Positions 53,015 to 64,000 of a stretch of 64,000 bases of DNA are shown one piece after another (position 1 is the first letter of the stretch; every line of letters starts with the position of its first letter). The translations under genes and the position numbers were made by a program. Below the pieces are notes generated by a model. That model was not told the origin of the DNA. It was given only the letters and a program-made list of their open reading frames with translations, and made no database searches. This DNA is from Eledone cirrhosa (lineage: Eukaryota): positions 24,862,001-24,926,000 of the forward strand of contig OZ024756.1 of NCBI GenBank assembly GCA_964016885.1. The letters are read 5' to 3'.

Positions 53015-56000
53015 ATACTAACTCCTTCAAATGCCCAGAGGACTCAATAGTTGACAGTTTCCGTTACCTGAGCAACCAAATTAACAGTGGAGATGGATGT
53101 TCTGAAAGTATTGTAGCTAGAGTGGGAACGGGATGGAGAAAATTCAGGGAGCTACTACCGCTGCTAGCCACAAAAAGGTTTTTTCCTCAAAATGAAGGGC
53201 AGATTGTATGGTGCATGTATACAAATAGCAATGTTGCATGGCAATGACACCTGGGTGCTGTGTGCAGAGGACCTACACAGAATGAAAAGAAATGAAGCTT
53301 CCATGCTTTGATAGATATGTAATAGTAATATACATGACCAGCAAAGCATAAATGAACTAAGAGAGAAACTGGGTATAAGAGGAGTCAGATGCAGGGTGCA
53401 GGAGAGGAGAATGGGCTGGTATAGACATGTGATGCATATGAAGGATGACAGCTGTATAAAAAGGTGCAGGGGGCTCAAGATTGATGGAATCTACAATGTA
53501 GGAAGACTTGGGATGAAGTGATAAAAGCTGACCTTGCACAATTACACCCCTCTCGAAGACAATGACACAAGATCGAGATCTTTGGTGTTATGAAGTAACA
53601 CAGAAGACCCACCTTCCCATGTGCACGAGTTGAAGTATACATTTTGTATGCACTACTTTCCCCTCCCTCCCTTCCATAAACCTCCACACTCTCACAACAA
53701 CCCTCCTCCTCATGCACCTCCCATGTCCTAACACTCTACTCATGCCTGAACACCCCACCTCCTCACACATGCCCCTAGATCTACCTCCCCAATCCCCCAG
53801 CCCACACTGTAAAGTGGTCGTGTAGGCGTCACAACAAAAAGCACCCAGTACTCACTGTCAAGTGGTCGTGTAGGCGTCACAACAAAAAGCACCCAGTACT
53901 CACTGTCAAGTGGTCGTGTAGGCGTCACAACAAAAAGCACCCAGTACTCACTGTAAATGAGGTTGGCATCCAGCTATAGAAACCAAGCCAAAATCAGTTC
54001 TGTATGAGCAAGACATGGTGACCTGGCCTAGCATTGCCCACAACAGAACAACTCGTCTAACCCATGCTAGTGTGAAAGAATGGACGTAAAATGATGATGA
54101 TGATATGTGTGTGTCAGTATGGTTTGAGGAGTATCATGAGAGTCTGTTTCCTCGCGACCCCCCCCCCCCCCCCATCACTCCACTGTAGAAAATTAAGTTA
54201 TTTCCACTTAAAACTAAGATTTATTATCACAAATTTCCGCTTTGTTTTCCTGTAAGAAAGCAGAGCCGTTTTATTCGTGGTTTATATATTAATTGTTTCT
54301 ACTTTAGGCACAAGGCCAGCAATTACTGGTACTTTATTTTATCGACCCCCCCCCCCCCCCCGTAAGGATGAAAGGCAAAGTCAACCTCGGCGGGATTTGA
54401 ACTCAGATCGTGGTTTATATATTAACGGCAGGGTATTGTTGTTGTTTTTTTTGTTTTTTTGTTTGTTTGTTTGTTTTTTTTTGTTTGTTTCTTTTTTCGA
54501 TTATATCGGCCTCAGTATACGACTGGTACTTTATTTTATCGACCCCAGAAGGATGAAAGGCAAAGTTGACCTTGACAAGAACTGAACTCAAAATATAGAA
54601 AATCGTAAAACTAAATACCGCAAAGCATTTTGGATAATTGACAACCCACTGATAACTAATTTAGATACAATGCCTGCAATTTGGAGAGAGGATAAAATCG
54701 ATTATATCGACCCCAGTACGTGACTTCTCTGGGAGGAGGTGAAAGGCCAATGTTGACTTTGGTGGGATTTAAAATCAGAATGTAAAGTACAGGAACAAAT
54801 ATCACAAAGTAATTTGTTAGACACTCCAAGGATTCTAACACTTCACTATAATAATAATAATAAAAAAACGAAAAAACAGAGAAGCTGGCATTAAAGCGAA
54901 GCGGTGTTCTATTTTATAGTGATTTCGAACTTAAATCACGAGAAGGCGAATGGAAAAAAAATAGACTTGCCGAAAGCCAGCTACACGTTCAGAAGTCTAT
55001 AGTACCTGGCTTATGGCACCTGTTTATAGTACGTGTATATAGTACATGGCTATAGCGCATGTTTACAGCTTCTATCTATAGTGCAGAGAAAAGTTTCCTA
55101 GCATGTTCACTACCAAGGATCCATTTTATTTGAATTATTTTTACCAGGCCCCCACCACCACCAGTTTCTGGTATTCTACTCCCAGATAGTTATACTGCGA
55201 GAATAACAATCAACAGAGGAACATATATTCTGGGATAATTGAAATTGTTATACTGTGACTATAACAATTATCGAATATTTATACCGAATGAAGAATAGAT
55301 ACCTAATAGTGCGTATATATTGCTCTGAGCAATGTAACTGAAATTTTGAACTTAACTGATGAACCCCCAATACAAGTAACTTTGCAGAGCCTCTACTGTG
55401 GGAATCACTGTTATATAGTAAAATATTAAACAAGTTTGAGATATATCAACAATGATAGGAGGTTGGTCGCCTCACTTACTATGCTCGCCATTTGGACCGG
55501 TGTCAGCTGATAGGTTTTTCTTCTCAAGCAATCGTCCGACAATACACAGTCGATTTAGTCAGGTCATGTTAATTTCTAATTTAAGCACAAGGCCAACAAA
55601 TTTTGCGGAAGTTGATGTTGTGGGGATTTGAACTTAGAACGTAAAGAGTCGGAACAAATACCACAAATTATTTTGTCAGACACATTAGTCAAATCACAAA
55701 CATAATGATGATTTTTTTTCTCCCCTCATTACGCATAACTCCCGGAGTCGTAGTAACGCCGACATACAGCGTATCTTGGGCATTTTTTAAACGATATGGT
55801 TTCTTCCAGAGTAAAAAGAGAAAGAGTAAGATATATAGAGACCCGAGTACAAGACTGGTACTTTGTTTTATCGACCTCAGCCTGATTTGAACTCGCAAAG
55901 CATTCTAGCCTACGTTCTAACAACTCGCTGCCTATACTTGGCTTAGAGAAGCTTATGATAAAATAATCTAGTTCACATTATTGACATTACAAATGATGTT

Positions 56001-57685
56001 TCTATGCTTTAGGCTTTCTTTCGTTTAAAGTAAACAGCAGTCTTCGATCAATAATGTCATTTTACATTCATTTAAATCAATTATAATAGTTTTCGTTAAT
56101 CATTATCGAACATAATTTCATTCACTCACACACATACGTGTGTGTGTGTCCAAGTAGTCGGCTTATTTGATAGGCGTAAGATCTTTATGCAGATATATAC
56201 AGTACTAAAAGGTGGAAAGAATGAGGAATAAAAAAGCGAGGTGGGATGATAAAGAAGAAGAAAATGGGGAGAGGAAGAAAGCCCACATATTCAATCACAC
56301 GTCACAATAAGGGACGTGGGAGGTCCCTCCAATAATTTTTGCAGCAATGCGACACTCGCAGCATTACTGCAGGTGATAGCGTGGCTAAAACACTGGAATA
56401 ACCAAGTACCCTCACCAGGAGTATCAACTAATGCCTTGGGAGGCCGTATCACCAACAACGACAAGAACTTTGTTGTCAGCGACCTGACTTCCCCAAACGT
56501 CTCAAATGCCATTGGATGAAAACAAACTGTCGATAATTGTCAACTGTTTCTCTCTGTTACTGCTAGCACAAAAGGATGGCGATAGTCATCTAAAACATGG
56601 TATTATGAGGCTGTTTGCTTGCAAACGAATCGAATATTATTATTATTTGATATAAAACTCACAAATGCATTTAGGTATCCACTATGTTAGAGCGAAAACA
56701 AATTTTGTGTTTATATTCATTTTATTAAGGCTAAATAGTGAGTCTTGTTACTCTGGAGTTTCACCTGTTTATCGCAGAATCATCAGAAAAGAACTAACGT
56801 TTCATTAGCAGACAAAGTATAAATAAGGAAGGTGAAACTCCTGAGTAACAAGACTCACTTTTTAGCCTTAATAAAATGAATATTAACCCATTAGCATTCT
56901 ATATATACTATTACATTTTCCCAGTAAAGGCTTTACCTCACATAATTATCTCTTATAATATCGAATCTATGAGATTTTGATATTATTTTGAGAACAATAC
57001 CTTAACATCAGTATGAGTGGCCAGTTTGAACAGAAAGGGATGAGAGAATTCTGGCTGGATATGGCCGGTTTAAATGCTAAAGGGTTAACACTCTACTTCA
57101 GTATTGAGTACCCCTTTCTCTCAGCTGTCAACCACACACACAAAATAAACTTCGAAAAATTAACAAAGAGAAGACAAGCCAAAATGAGAAACAATTTTTT
57201 TAAGGGGGAACCTTAAAGAATTATTTTTTTAAATAAAAATACAAACGAAAGACACAGAATTCTAGAGTCTTCAACCATTGAGATTGACTTTTGTAGTTTC
57301 GACCCATATCAACAGTAAAGCTGGTCCACCTGGGGTCACAGTGCTTGACACAAGCCAAAGTGCTGTCCGTGGAGTAAGAGATAAAACAAAACAATAACTG
57401 ATAGCAATTCAGCTATAACATGTACACATAGAACTTTGTGACGTCAGGGAGAAGGTATTGTACATTTTATAGCACGAAAGTTTCATAAGTCAAACAAAGG
57501 AAAGACAAGAGAGAAAAAGGAAGGAAAAAGACAAGGAAAAGAAAGATATATATATATATAGGATCCGCTAAGGTGAAACAATTGTTCTCGGTATGGTGAA
57601 CTAACTGTTGTGTAACCACTTCTACCTAACTCGTCCCATGAACTGAGTGCTCTACCACTACGGATATTACCTTCTAGTGTTCTAC

Positions 57686-57730
<45 letters not shown>

Positions 57731-59616
57731 AAGAAAGAATACTGCGTGGTTGCACATGGGTTACATATGATAAAAATAGTCCTTCGTCAGTGATTTTCCA
57801 ACCTTCATTGGTATTTCATCGCTTTAAAAATCATATACCTCCGGTTGGTGCGAGCAATAGCTAAATAAAGCTATTGGGACAAGTAAATCGTGTAAAGCAA
57901 GCGAGACAAGTAAACAACAGGGAAGGAAAGCAACGCAAAGATAGGAAAAAACAAGCAGCATGGAAATCCGGTCAGCTTAAGCTGGGTGGATTTCATGAGC
58001 GAGAAAGATATACAGACCGTCCGACGGTCTGTATACATATATGTACAAACATGGGATGAAGATTTTGATGATAATGATGATGATGACTTTTATGAAAGCT
58101 GAACAACAGAAAGCTGTTCTTACCTTTGTAATGACTGCCAAAGCCTGGGAGCAGAGGTCCTCAATATCAGGCACAGTCTCCTTGAAATACTGTACAACAC
58201 TCTGTAGAGCAAGGACACTCTCACGGACATTGATCTTGGCGTCCTTCTTGATCCGGTCGACAGCTTGCAAAACCCAAGTGTCACCAAGGTAGTCGCTAGA
58301 TACTGACCCACTGCTGCCTGGGTAACTGTCACTACTCGACAGCGTTGCAGTATTGTTGGCAGTGGGGGCTGTGGTGGCGTCGTCGTCATTGGTGGTGGTG
58401 GTGGTGGTGGCGGTGTTGATGGTGCTGCTGTGGTTGTCATCACCAGCTGACGCCCGCCTCCAAAGTCGATCACAGCGGTCTTCCAGCTCATGGCTGTTGT
58501 TGTGGTAGCGGAGGGCAGAGGCAGTCAGAGCCGGTGGTGGTGGAGGTGGAGGTGGGGTCATCGAGGGTGGGGGCGGTAGCGTCAGCGGGGGTGGTGGGGG
58601 TGGAGGTGGGGGCGGTGGTGTGGAAGACCCTGACACCGACATTGCGGCTCTTGTTGTTGTTATTGTCGTTGTCATTGATGTTGTTGATGATGTGGTTGTT
58701 GTTGTTGTTGTATTTGCAAACGCCTCGGCCATTTCCCTTCGCCTCATCCCGTCTGCTGCTGCTGATGCTGCTGCCGCCGCCATTGCCAGCGAGGACTGCA
58801 GCGGGAGAGGAGGGGGCGGTGGGGGTGTCGGCGGAGGAGGAGGGGGCGGTGGGGTCGCGGGGGGCGTCGTTGTTCCAGCCATCGACAGAGGCGGCAGTGG
58901 CGGTGGCGGTGGCGGCAAATTAGGAGGGGGTAATTGTGAAGGGGGTGGGGGTGGGGGCGGCGGCGGGGGAGGTGGTGTTGTCTTGGTCGACGCCATTCTT
59001 GTTGTTGCTGCTGCTGTTGTTGTTGCCACTCTTGCTAATGATGCTGTTGTCGTCGGCAACGCTGGCACCAAGGGTGGCACGGGTGGGTGCGCCACTGGTG
59101 ATGTGGCTGCAGGCTGCATCACTGCTGCTGACGTTGGTGTTGCTGCTGACGTTGTTGCTGGTGGTGAATTGATCGTTGTCGACGACGACGATGATGACAG
59201 CGACGATGATGATGGTGACGTTGTTCTTGCTGTTATTGATGTTGCTGGTGATGCTGCTACTGATGCTGACAATTCCTCCTCCCCACCAAAACATCTTTCT
59301 TCCCCTCCTCCACCTCCCCTGCTTTCCTCATTATTTCTTTTCGAATTCATCTCCGACGATGACAACACAGTGCTTCCATCGGAGAAGAGTTCGGTAACTT
59401 CGGCAGTGGGTGGCAGGGAAACAGTTGGGCTTGATGCTGATGGTGGTGGTGGAGCGTAGGGTGAGATTGGAGTCTGAGGCATGGACGATGAGGGTGTTAT
59501 CGGCGTTTGAGGGGTGAGTGGCGTGCCTGGCTCACTTTTGTTCTCACAGAGCAAGGATTCCCGTCGCGGTGGGGGTGGAGGTGGGGCATGTCGCCTTCGC
59601 TGTACTTTTGTCATAC
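43030..59616 (-). CDS. NCKIPSD: NCK-interacting protein with SH3 domain (SPIN90/WISH/DIP), 5'-partial, 8 exons
   Basis: Exons: 58124-59616, 50075-50233, 48298-48387, 47914-48052, 46198-46278, 44981-45211, 43994-44166, 43030-43224. All GT-AG and phase-compatible. Peptides such as EKMILFFNRG-DP, SVVKFLRDMFS..TGRLYYTNDIKVMLDIGLRNITDKPPGDK and LILAYNQHL match the SPIN90/Ldb17 leucine-rich C-terminal domain as I recall the human protein. Confidence 0.88.
43994..44166 (-). CDS. NCKIPSD: NCKIPSD exon (DP...SVVKFLRDMF...YYTND...PGDK)
   Basis: Most conserved SPIN90/Ldb17 block. Confidence 0.92.
44200..44935. repeat. Diverged ~115-bp tandem repeat filling an NCKIPSD intron
   Basis: Recurring acagctcacac.tatgtaggtttagttgg.ctcctat...ggtttcttggttgttttaatgatagggg.cccagtc. 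Confidence 0.8.
44385..44600 (+). mobile_element. TTAA-flanked MITE inserted into a minisatellite
   Basis: Same TIRs; neighbouring repeat units show the empty site gtTTTAAtgataggg. Confidence 0.85.
44981..45211 (-). CDS. NCKIPSD: NCKIPSD exon (YLDIPLIVKLLNFIE...EKMILFFNRG)
   Basis: 231 nt, phase 1-1; GTAAGT donor. Confidence 0.9.
45350..45760 (-). mobile_element. RTE LINE fragments (APE endonuclease fused to RT C-terminus by internal deletion)
   Basis: AQAGVGILTSPWL directly adjacent to KTEMLILSRK...LHVNGVPLKQVEKFKYLG. Confidence 0.6.
46198..46278 (-). CDS. NCKIPSD: NCKIPSD exon (EFCNSATLLAAILAGEESLPIEIH)
   Basis: 81 nt, phase 1-1; aligns with LCYSALILAMVFSMGEAVP. Confidence 0.85.
46436..46990 (-). 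mobile_element. Mariner transposase fragment
   Basis: SRSRVKKMIIIFFNNRDIVHKEFLPP.QTVN, mariner catalytic-domain block. Confidence 0.7.
47914..48052 (-). CDS. NCKIPSD: NCKIPSD exon (EVSAPVKE...MCNCD..ISHTLINSSVPLSL)
   Basis: Aligns with the human MCSLD..IISTLVSSVLPVEL segment; AG/GT boundaries. Confidence 0.87.
48298..48387 (-). CDS. NCKIPSD: NCKIPSD exon (LALDTKISQ...NYESVEMLV)
   Basis: 90 nt; aligns with the human D...C......N.FESVLALV segment. Confidence 0.85.
48522..48705 (+). mobile_element. SINE family A, full-length copy
   Basis: Near-identical to 9111-9292. Confidence 0.8.
48880..49860 (+). mobile_element. RTE-like LINE 3' fragment (RT C-terminus with Cys-rich PHD-like insert)
   Basis: ELLYANDLVL, LESKGLRVN, WPCSICRKGV, CTQC..W.HKRC, FCYLG, LYNACVRS..VHSSETW; frameshifts and stops. 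Confidence 0.8.
50075..50233 (-). CDS. NCKIPSD: NCKIPSD exon (LHGPDANILAKDLL...YLQTVITEL)
   Basis: 159 nt, phase 0-0; ctctag acceptor, GTATGT donor. Confidence 0.78.
50940..52700 (+). mobile_element. 5'-truncated Penelope-like retroelement with GIY-YIG endonuclease (decayed)
   Basis: WYNPEYN...IKRHFP...ILNPTTIRLSYS, then after a frameshift CNC....CPLGNNCLEKNIIYKC...YYVGSTATSFKSRL..H...CKLC..E...LLN...CRH. Degenerate hammerhead cores at about 52573 and 52652-52683. Confidence 0.8.
53030..53620 (+). mobile_element. RTE-like LINE 3' fragment
   Basis: DSFRYL, WRKFRELLPLL, KGRLYGAC; same family as 48880-49860. Confidence 0.7.
56291..56560 (-). mobile_element. CRE/R2-type non-LTR retrotransposon REL-endonuclease C-terminal remnant
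   Basis: FHPMAFETFGEV......FL...W.FQ.FS.AI..SNAASV resembles the F.P.A.ET.G...FL...QR.S.A.QRGNA motif. Confidence 0.55.
56743..56792 (-). ncRNA. Intronic hammerhead ribozyme-like motif within an inverted repeat
   Basis: Minus strand reads tctttt-CUGAUGA-ttctg/caggt-GAAA-ctccagag-UA-acaaga. Confidence 0.55.
56883..57088 (-). mobile_element. TTAA-flanked MITE (inverted copy)
   Basis: Reverse complement of the 20136-20354 family. Confidence 0.8.
58124..59616 (-). CDS. NCKIPSD: NCKIPSD large Pro/Thr/Ala/Ser-rich exon
   Basis: 1493-nt open exon; begins with RRHAPPPPPPRR, contains many polyPro tracts, and ends with the first helices of the C-terminal domain; ttttgtcag acceptor, GTAAGA donor. Confidence 0.85.
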
Positions 59617-60296
59617 CTGACAAAACACAAATAAAACAGAAAAAGATTTTTTTTAAAAGCAGTAAAAAGAATAAAGACTTGATTAAACACACCTGCCATA
59701 CAATATAAATGTAGTGACACCAATATTCCCTCTTACTTTTCACAACCACATGGCTTAGTGGTTAGAGCATTGGGCTTGCAATCGAAAGGTTGTGAGTTCA
59801 ATTCTCAGACCGGGTGATGCAGTGTTTCCTTGAGCAAGACACTTTATTTCACATTGCTCCAGTTTACTCAGCTGTAGAAATGAGATGATAGGACTGGGGT
59901 CCCTATCATTCCACTGCAAAGTGGTCGTGGAGGTGCCACGGCAAAAAAGCACCCAGCCCACTCTGTAAAGTGGACGGGTAGTCGCCATGGAAAAAAAGCA
60001 CGCAGCACTCACTGTAAATGAGGTTGGTGTTTGTTCCCATCCCACCCTTGCAAGCAGGGAAAAGCACACTAAAATGATGATGATGATGACTACAATGTTT
60101 GATGATTTGAACAAAAATATTTTAAATTCATAGCTACAGCCAGTGCTGGACTTACCTGTAAGCTGAATAAGTTCTAGCTTAAGGCACACACTCTCGGGGC
60201 CTCATTTTAAAAAATACATTCTTATTTTATCATTAGCTTTTATTCTTTAACACTGTGCCAAAAGTAGAAACAATTCTTTAACACTAAAATCATCAA

Positions 60297-60324
60297 AATA
60301 TATATATATATATATATATGCGTG

Positions 60325-60355
<31 letters not shown>

Positions 60356-60366
60356 GCGTGTATATA

Positions 60367-60403
<37 letters not shown>

Positions 60404-60413
60404 GCGTGTATAT

Positions 60414-60447
<34 letters not shown>

Positions 60448-60950
60448 ACATATACATATATATACATATATACATATATATATACATATACATATATATA
60501 CATATACATATATATACATATACATATATATACATATATATATACATATACATATATATACATATATATATATACATATACATATATATACATATATATA
60601 TATACATATATATACATATATATATATACATATATATACATATATATATATACATATATATACATATATATATATACATATATATATATACATATATATA
60701 TATATACATATATATAGTATAGTCAGATATAGTAGTAGAGTATGAGTATATAGTGTACATATAGTATATAGTAGTACATAGTATAGTAGTAGAGACATAT
60801 ATAGTATAGTACATATAGTAGTAGTATATATATATATACAGATATATACATATATATATATATACATATATATATATAGTACATATAGTATAGATATACA
60901 TATATATACATATATATATATATACATATATATATATAACATATATATAC

Positions 60951-60981
<31 letters not shown>

Positions 60982-61052
60982 CAGTATAGTAGTAGTATAG
61001 CAGTATAATATATATATACATATAGTAGTATATATACATATATATTATATAC

Positions 61053-61083
<31 letters not shown>

Positions 61084-61302
61084 CATATATATATATACAT
61101 ATATATATATATACATATATATATAGTACATATATATATATACATATATATATATAGCAGTATATAGAGTGAGTACATATATAGAGTAGAGTATATATAC
61201 ATAGTACATATATATATATATTATATATATATATATATATATAGATATACATATATATATAGACATATATATACATATATATATATACATATATATATAT
61301 AC

Positions 61303-61347
<45 letters not shown>

Positions 61348-61554
61348 CATATATATAGTATATAGCAGAGTATAGTATATAGTAGATAGTATAGTAGTAT
61401 AGTATATATAGACTTATATATATATATACATATAGTATATATACACATATATACATATATATATACACTTATATACATATATATATATACACATATATAT
61501 ATATATACATATATATATACATAGTATAGATATAGTCATATATATATATAGTAC

Positions 61555-61601
<47 letters not shown>

Positions 61602-61747
61602 CATATAGTATATATATACATATATAAGTATAGTACAGTATGAGAGTAGTATATACATATATATATATATACATATACATATATACATATATATATATAC
61701 ATATATATATACATATACATATATTATATATACATATATATAAATAC

Positions 61748-61778
<31 letters not shown>

Positions 61779-61779
61779 C

Positions 61780-61816
<37 letters not shown>

Positions 61817-61950
61817 CATATATATATACATATATATATACATATATATATACATATACATATATATATATACATATATATATACATATATATATATACA
61901 TATATATATGTACATATATATAGTATAGTATATACATATATTTATATACA

Positions 61951-61982
<32 letters not shown>

Positions 61983-62060
61983 CATAGATATAGTATGTAC
62001 ATATATATATATATATATACTATATAGATATACATTATATATATACATATATATATATAG

Positions 62061-62125
<65 letters not shown>

Positions 62126-62129
62126 TACA

Positions 62130-62215
<86 letters not shown>

Positions 62216-62516
62216 CATATATATATATACATATATATATATACATATATATATATACATATATATATACATATATATATATACATATATATACATATAC
62301 ATATATACATATATACATATACATATATACATATATACATATACATATATACATATATATACATATACATATATACATATATACATATATATACATATAC
62401 ATATATACATATATATACATATATATACATATATATACATATATAGTATAGTATATACATATTTATACATATATACATATATATACATATATATATATAT
62501 ATATACATATATATAC

Positions 62517-62571
<55 letters not shown>

Positions 62572-62963
62572 CATATATATATATACATATATATATATAC
62601 ATATATATATATACATATACATATATATATACATATATATATATACATATACATATATATATATACATATATATATATACATATACATATATATATATAC
62701 ATATATACATATACATATATACATATACATATATATATATACATATATATATATACATATATATATACATATATACATATATATATATACATATATATAT
62801 ACATATTATATATACATATATATATATACATATACATATATATATATACATATATATATATACATATATATATACATATATACATATATATATATACATA
62901 TATATATATACATATATATATATACATATATATATATACATATATATATATATACATATATAC

Positions 62964-63010
<47 letters not shown>

Positions 63011-63245
63011 CATATATATATATACATATATGCATATATATATATACATATATATATATACATATATATATACATATATATACATATATATATACATATA
63101 TATATACATATATATACATATATATATACATATATATACATATATATATACATATATATATACATATATATACATATATATATACATATATATACATATA
63201 TATATACATATATATACATATATATATACATATATACATATATAC

Positions 63246-63278
<33 letters not shown>

Positions 63279-63347
63279 CATATATATATACATATATATA
63301 TATACACATATATATATACATATATATATATACACATATATATATAC

Positions 63348-63400
<53 letters not shown>

Positions 63401-63525
63401 CATATATACATATATATATACACATATATATATATATACATATATATATATACATATATATATATACACATATATATATATATATACATATATATATACA
63501 TATATATATACATATATATATATAC

Positions 63526-63620
<95 letters not shown>

Positions 63621-63743
63621 CATATATATACATATACATACATATACATATACATACATATACATATACATACATATACATATACATATACATACATATA
63701 CATATACATATATATACATACATATACATATACATATATATAC

Positions 63744-63784
<41 letters not shown>

Positions 63785-63823
63785 TATATACATATATATA
63801 TATATATACATATATACATATAC

Positions 63824-63876
<53 letters not shown>

Positions 63877-64000
63877 CATATATATATATATACATATATA
63901 CATATACATATATATATATACATATATACATATACATATATATATATACATATATATATATACATATATATATATACATATATATATATATACATATATA
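60297..64000. repeat. Compound (TA)n/(TACA)n microsatellite field
   Basis: Direct reading. Confidence 0.97.

Noticed and set aside
58620-59459. 279-aa Gly/Val-rich plus-strand ORF
   Set aside because: Antisense shadow of the NCKIPSD polyproline exon.

Overview
This is AT-rich eukaryotic (animal) genomic DNA, about a third of it (TA)n/(TACA)n microsatellite. The SINE, MITE and microsatellite landscape suggests a coleoid cephalopod, probably an octopus (inference only). Nearly all long ORFs in the supplied track are microsatellite artefacts. I reconstructed two real, convergent, intron-containing genes by hand. (1) On the + strand, 3881-23754: a secreted animal heme-peroxidase-fold gene with 13 phase-consistent coding exons (844 aa) plus a candidate 81-nt cassette exon. 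The ORF is intact, but the distal His, heme-linking Asp, proximal His/Arg and the Asn that pairs with the proximal His are all replaced. The protein ends in a Thr-rich mucin stalk and a TSP1-like module, so it looks like a pseudo-peroxidase. (2) On the - strand, 59616-43030: the 3' eight exons of NCKIPSD/SPIN90, with a greatly expanded polyproline exon. Introns and intergenic DNA hold Tc1/mariner, Gypsy, CR1, RTE, CRE-like and Penelope (GIY-YIG) remnants, TTAA MITEs, two SINE families and SINE-derived minisatellites. They also hold a dispersed set of hairpins and inverted repeats carrying minimal type-I hammerhead ribozyme motifs, including a perfect 213-bp-arm palindrome with one hammerhead on each strand. 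All assignments come from manual reading and translation; no searches were run.
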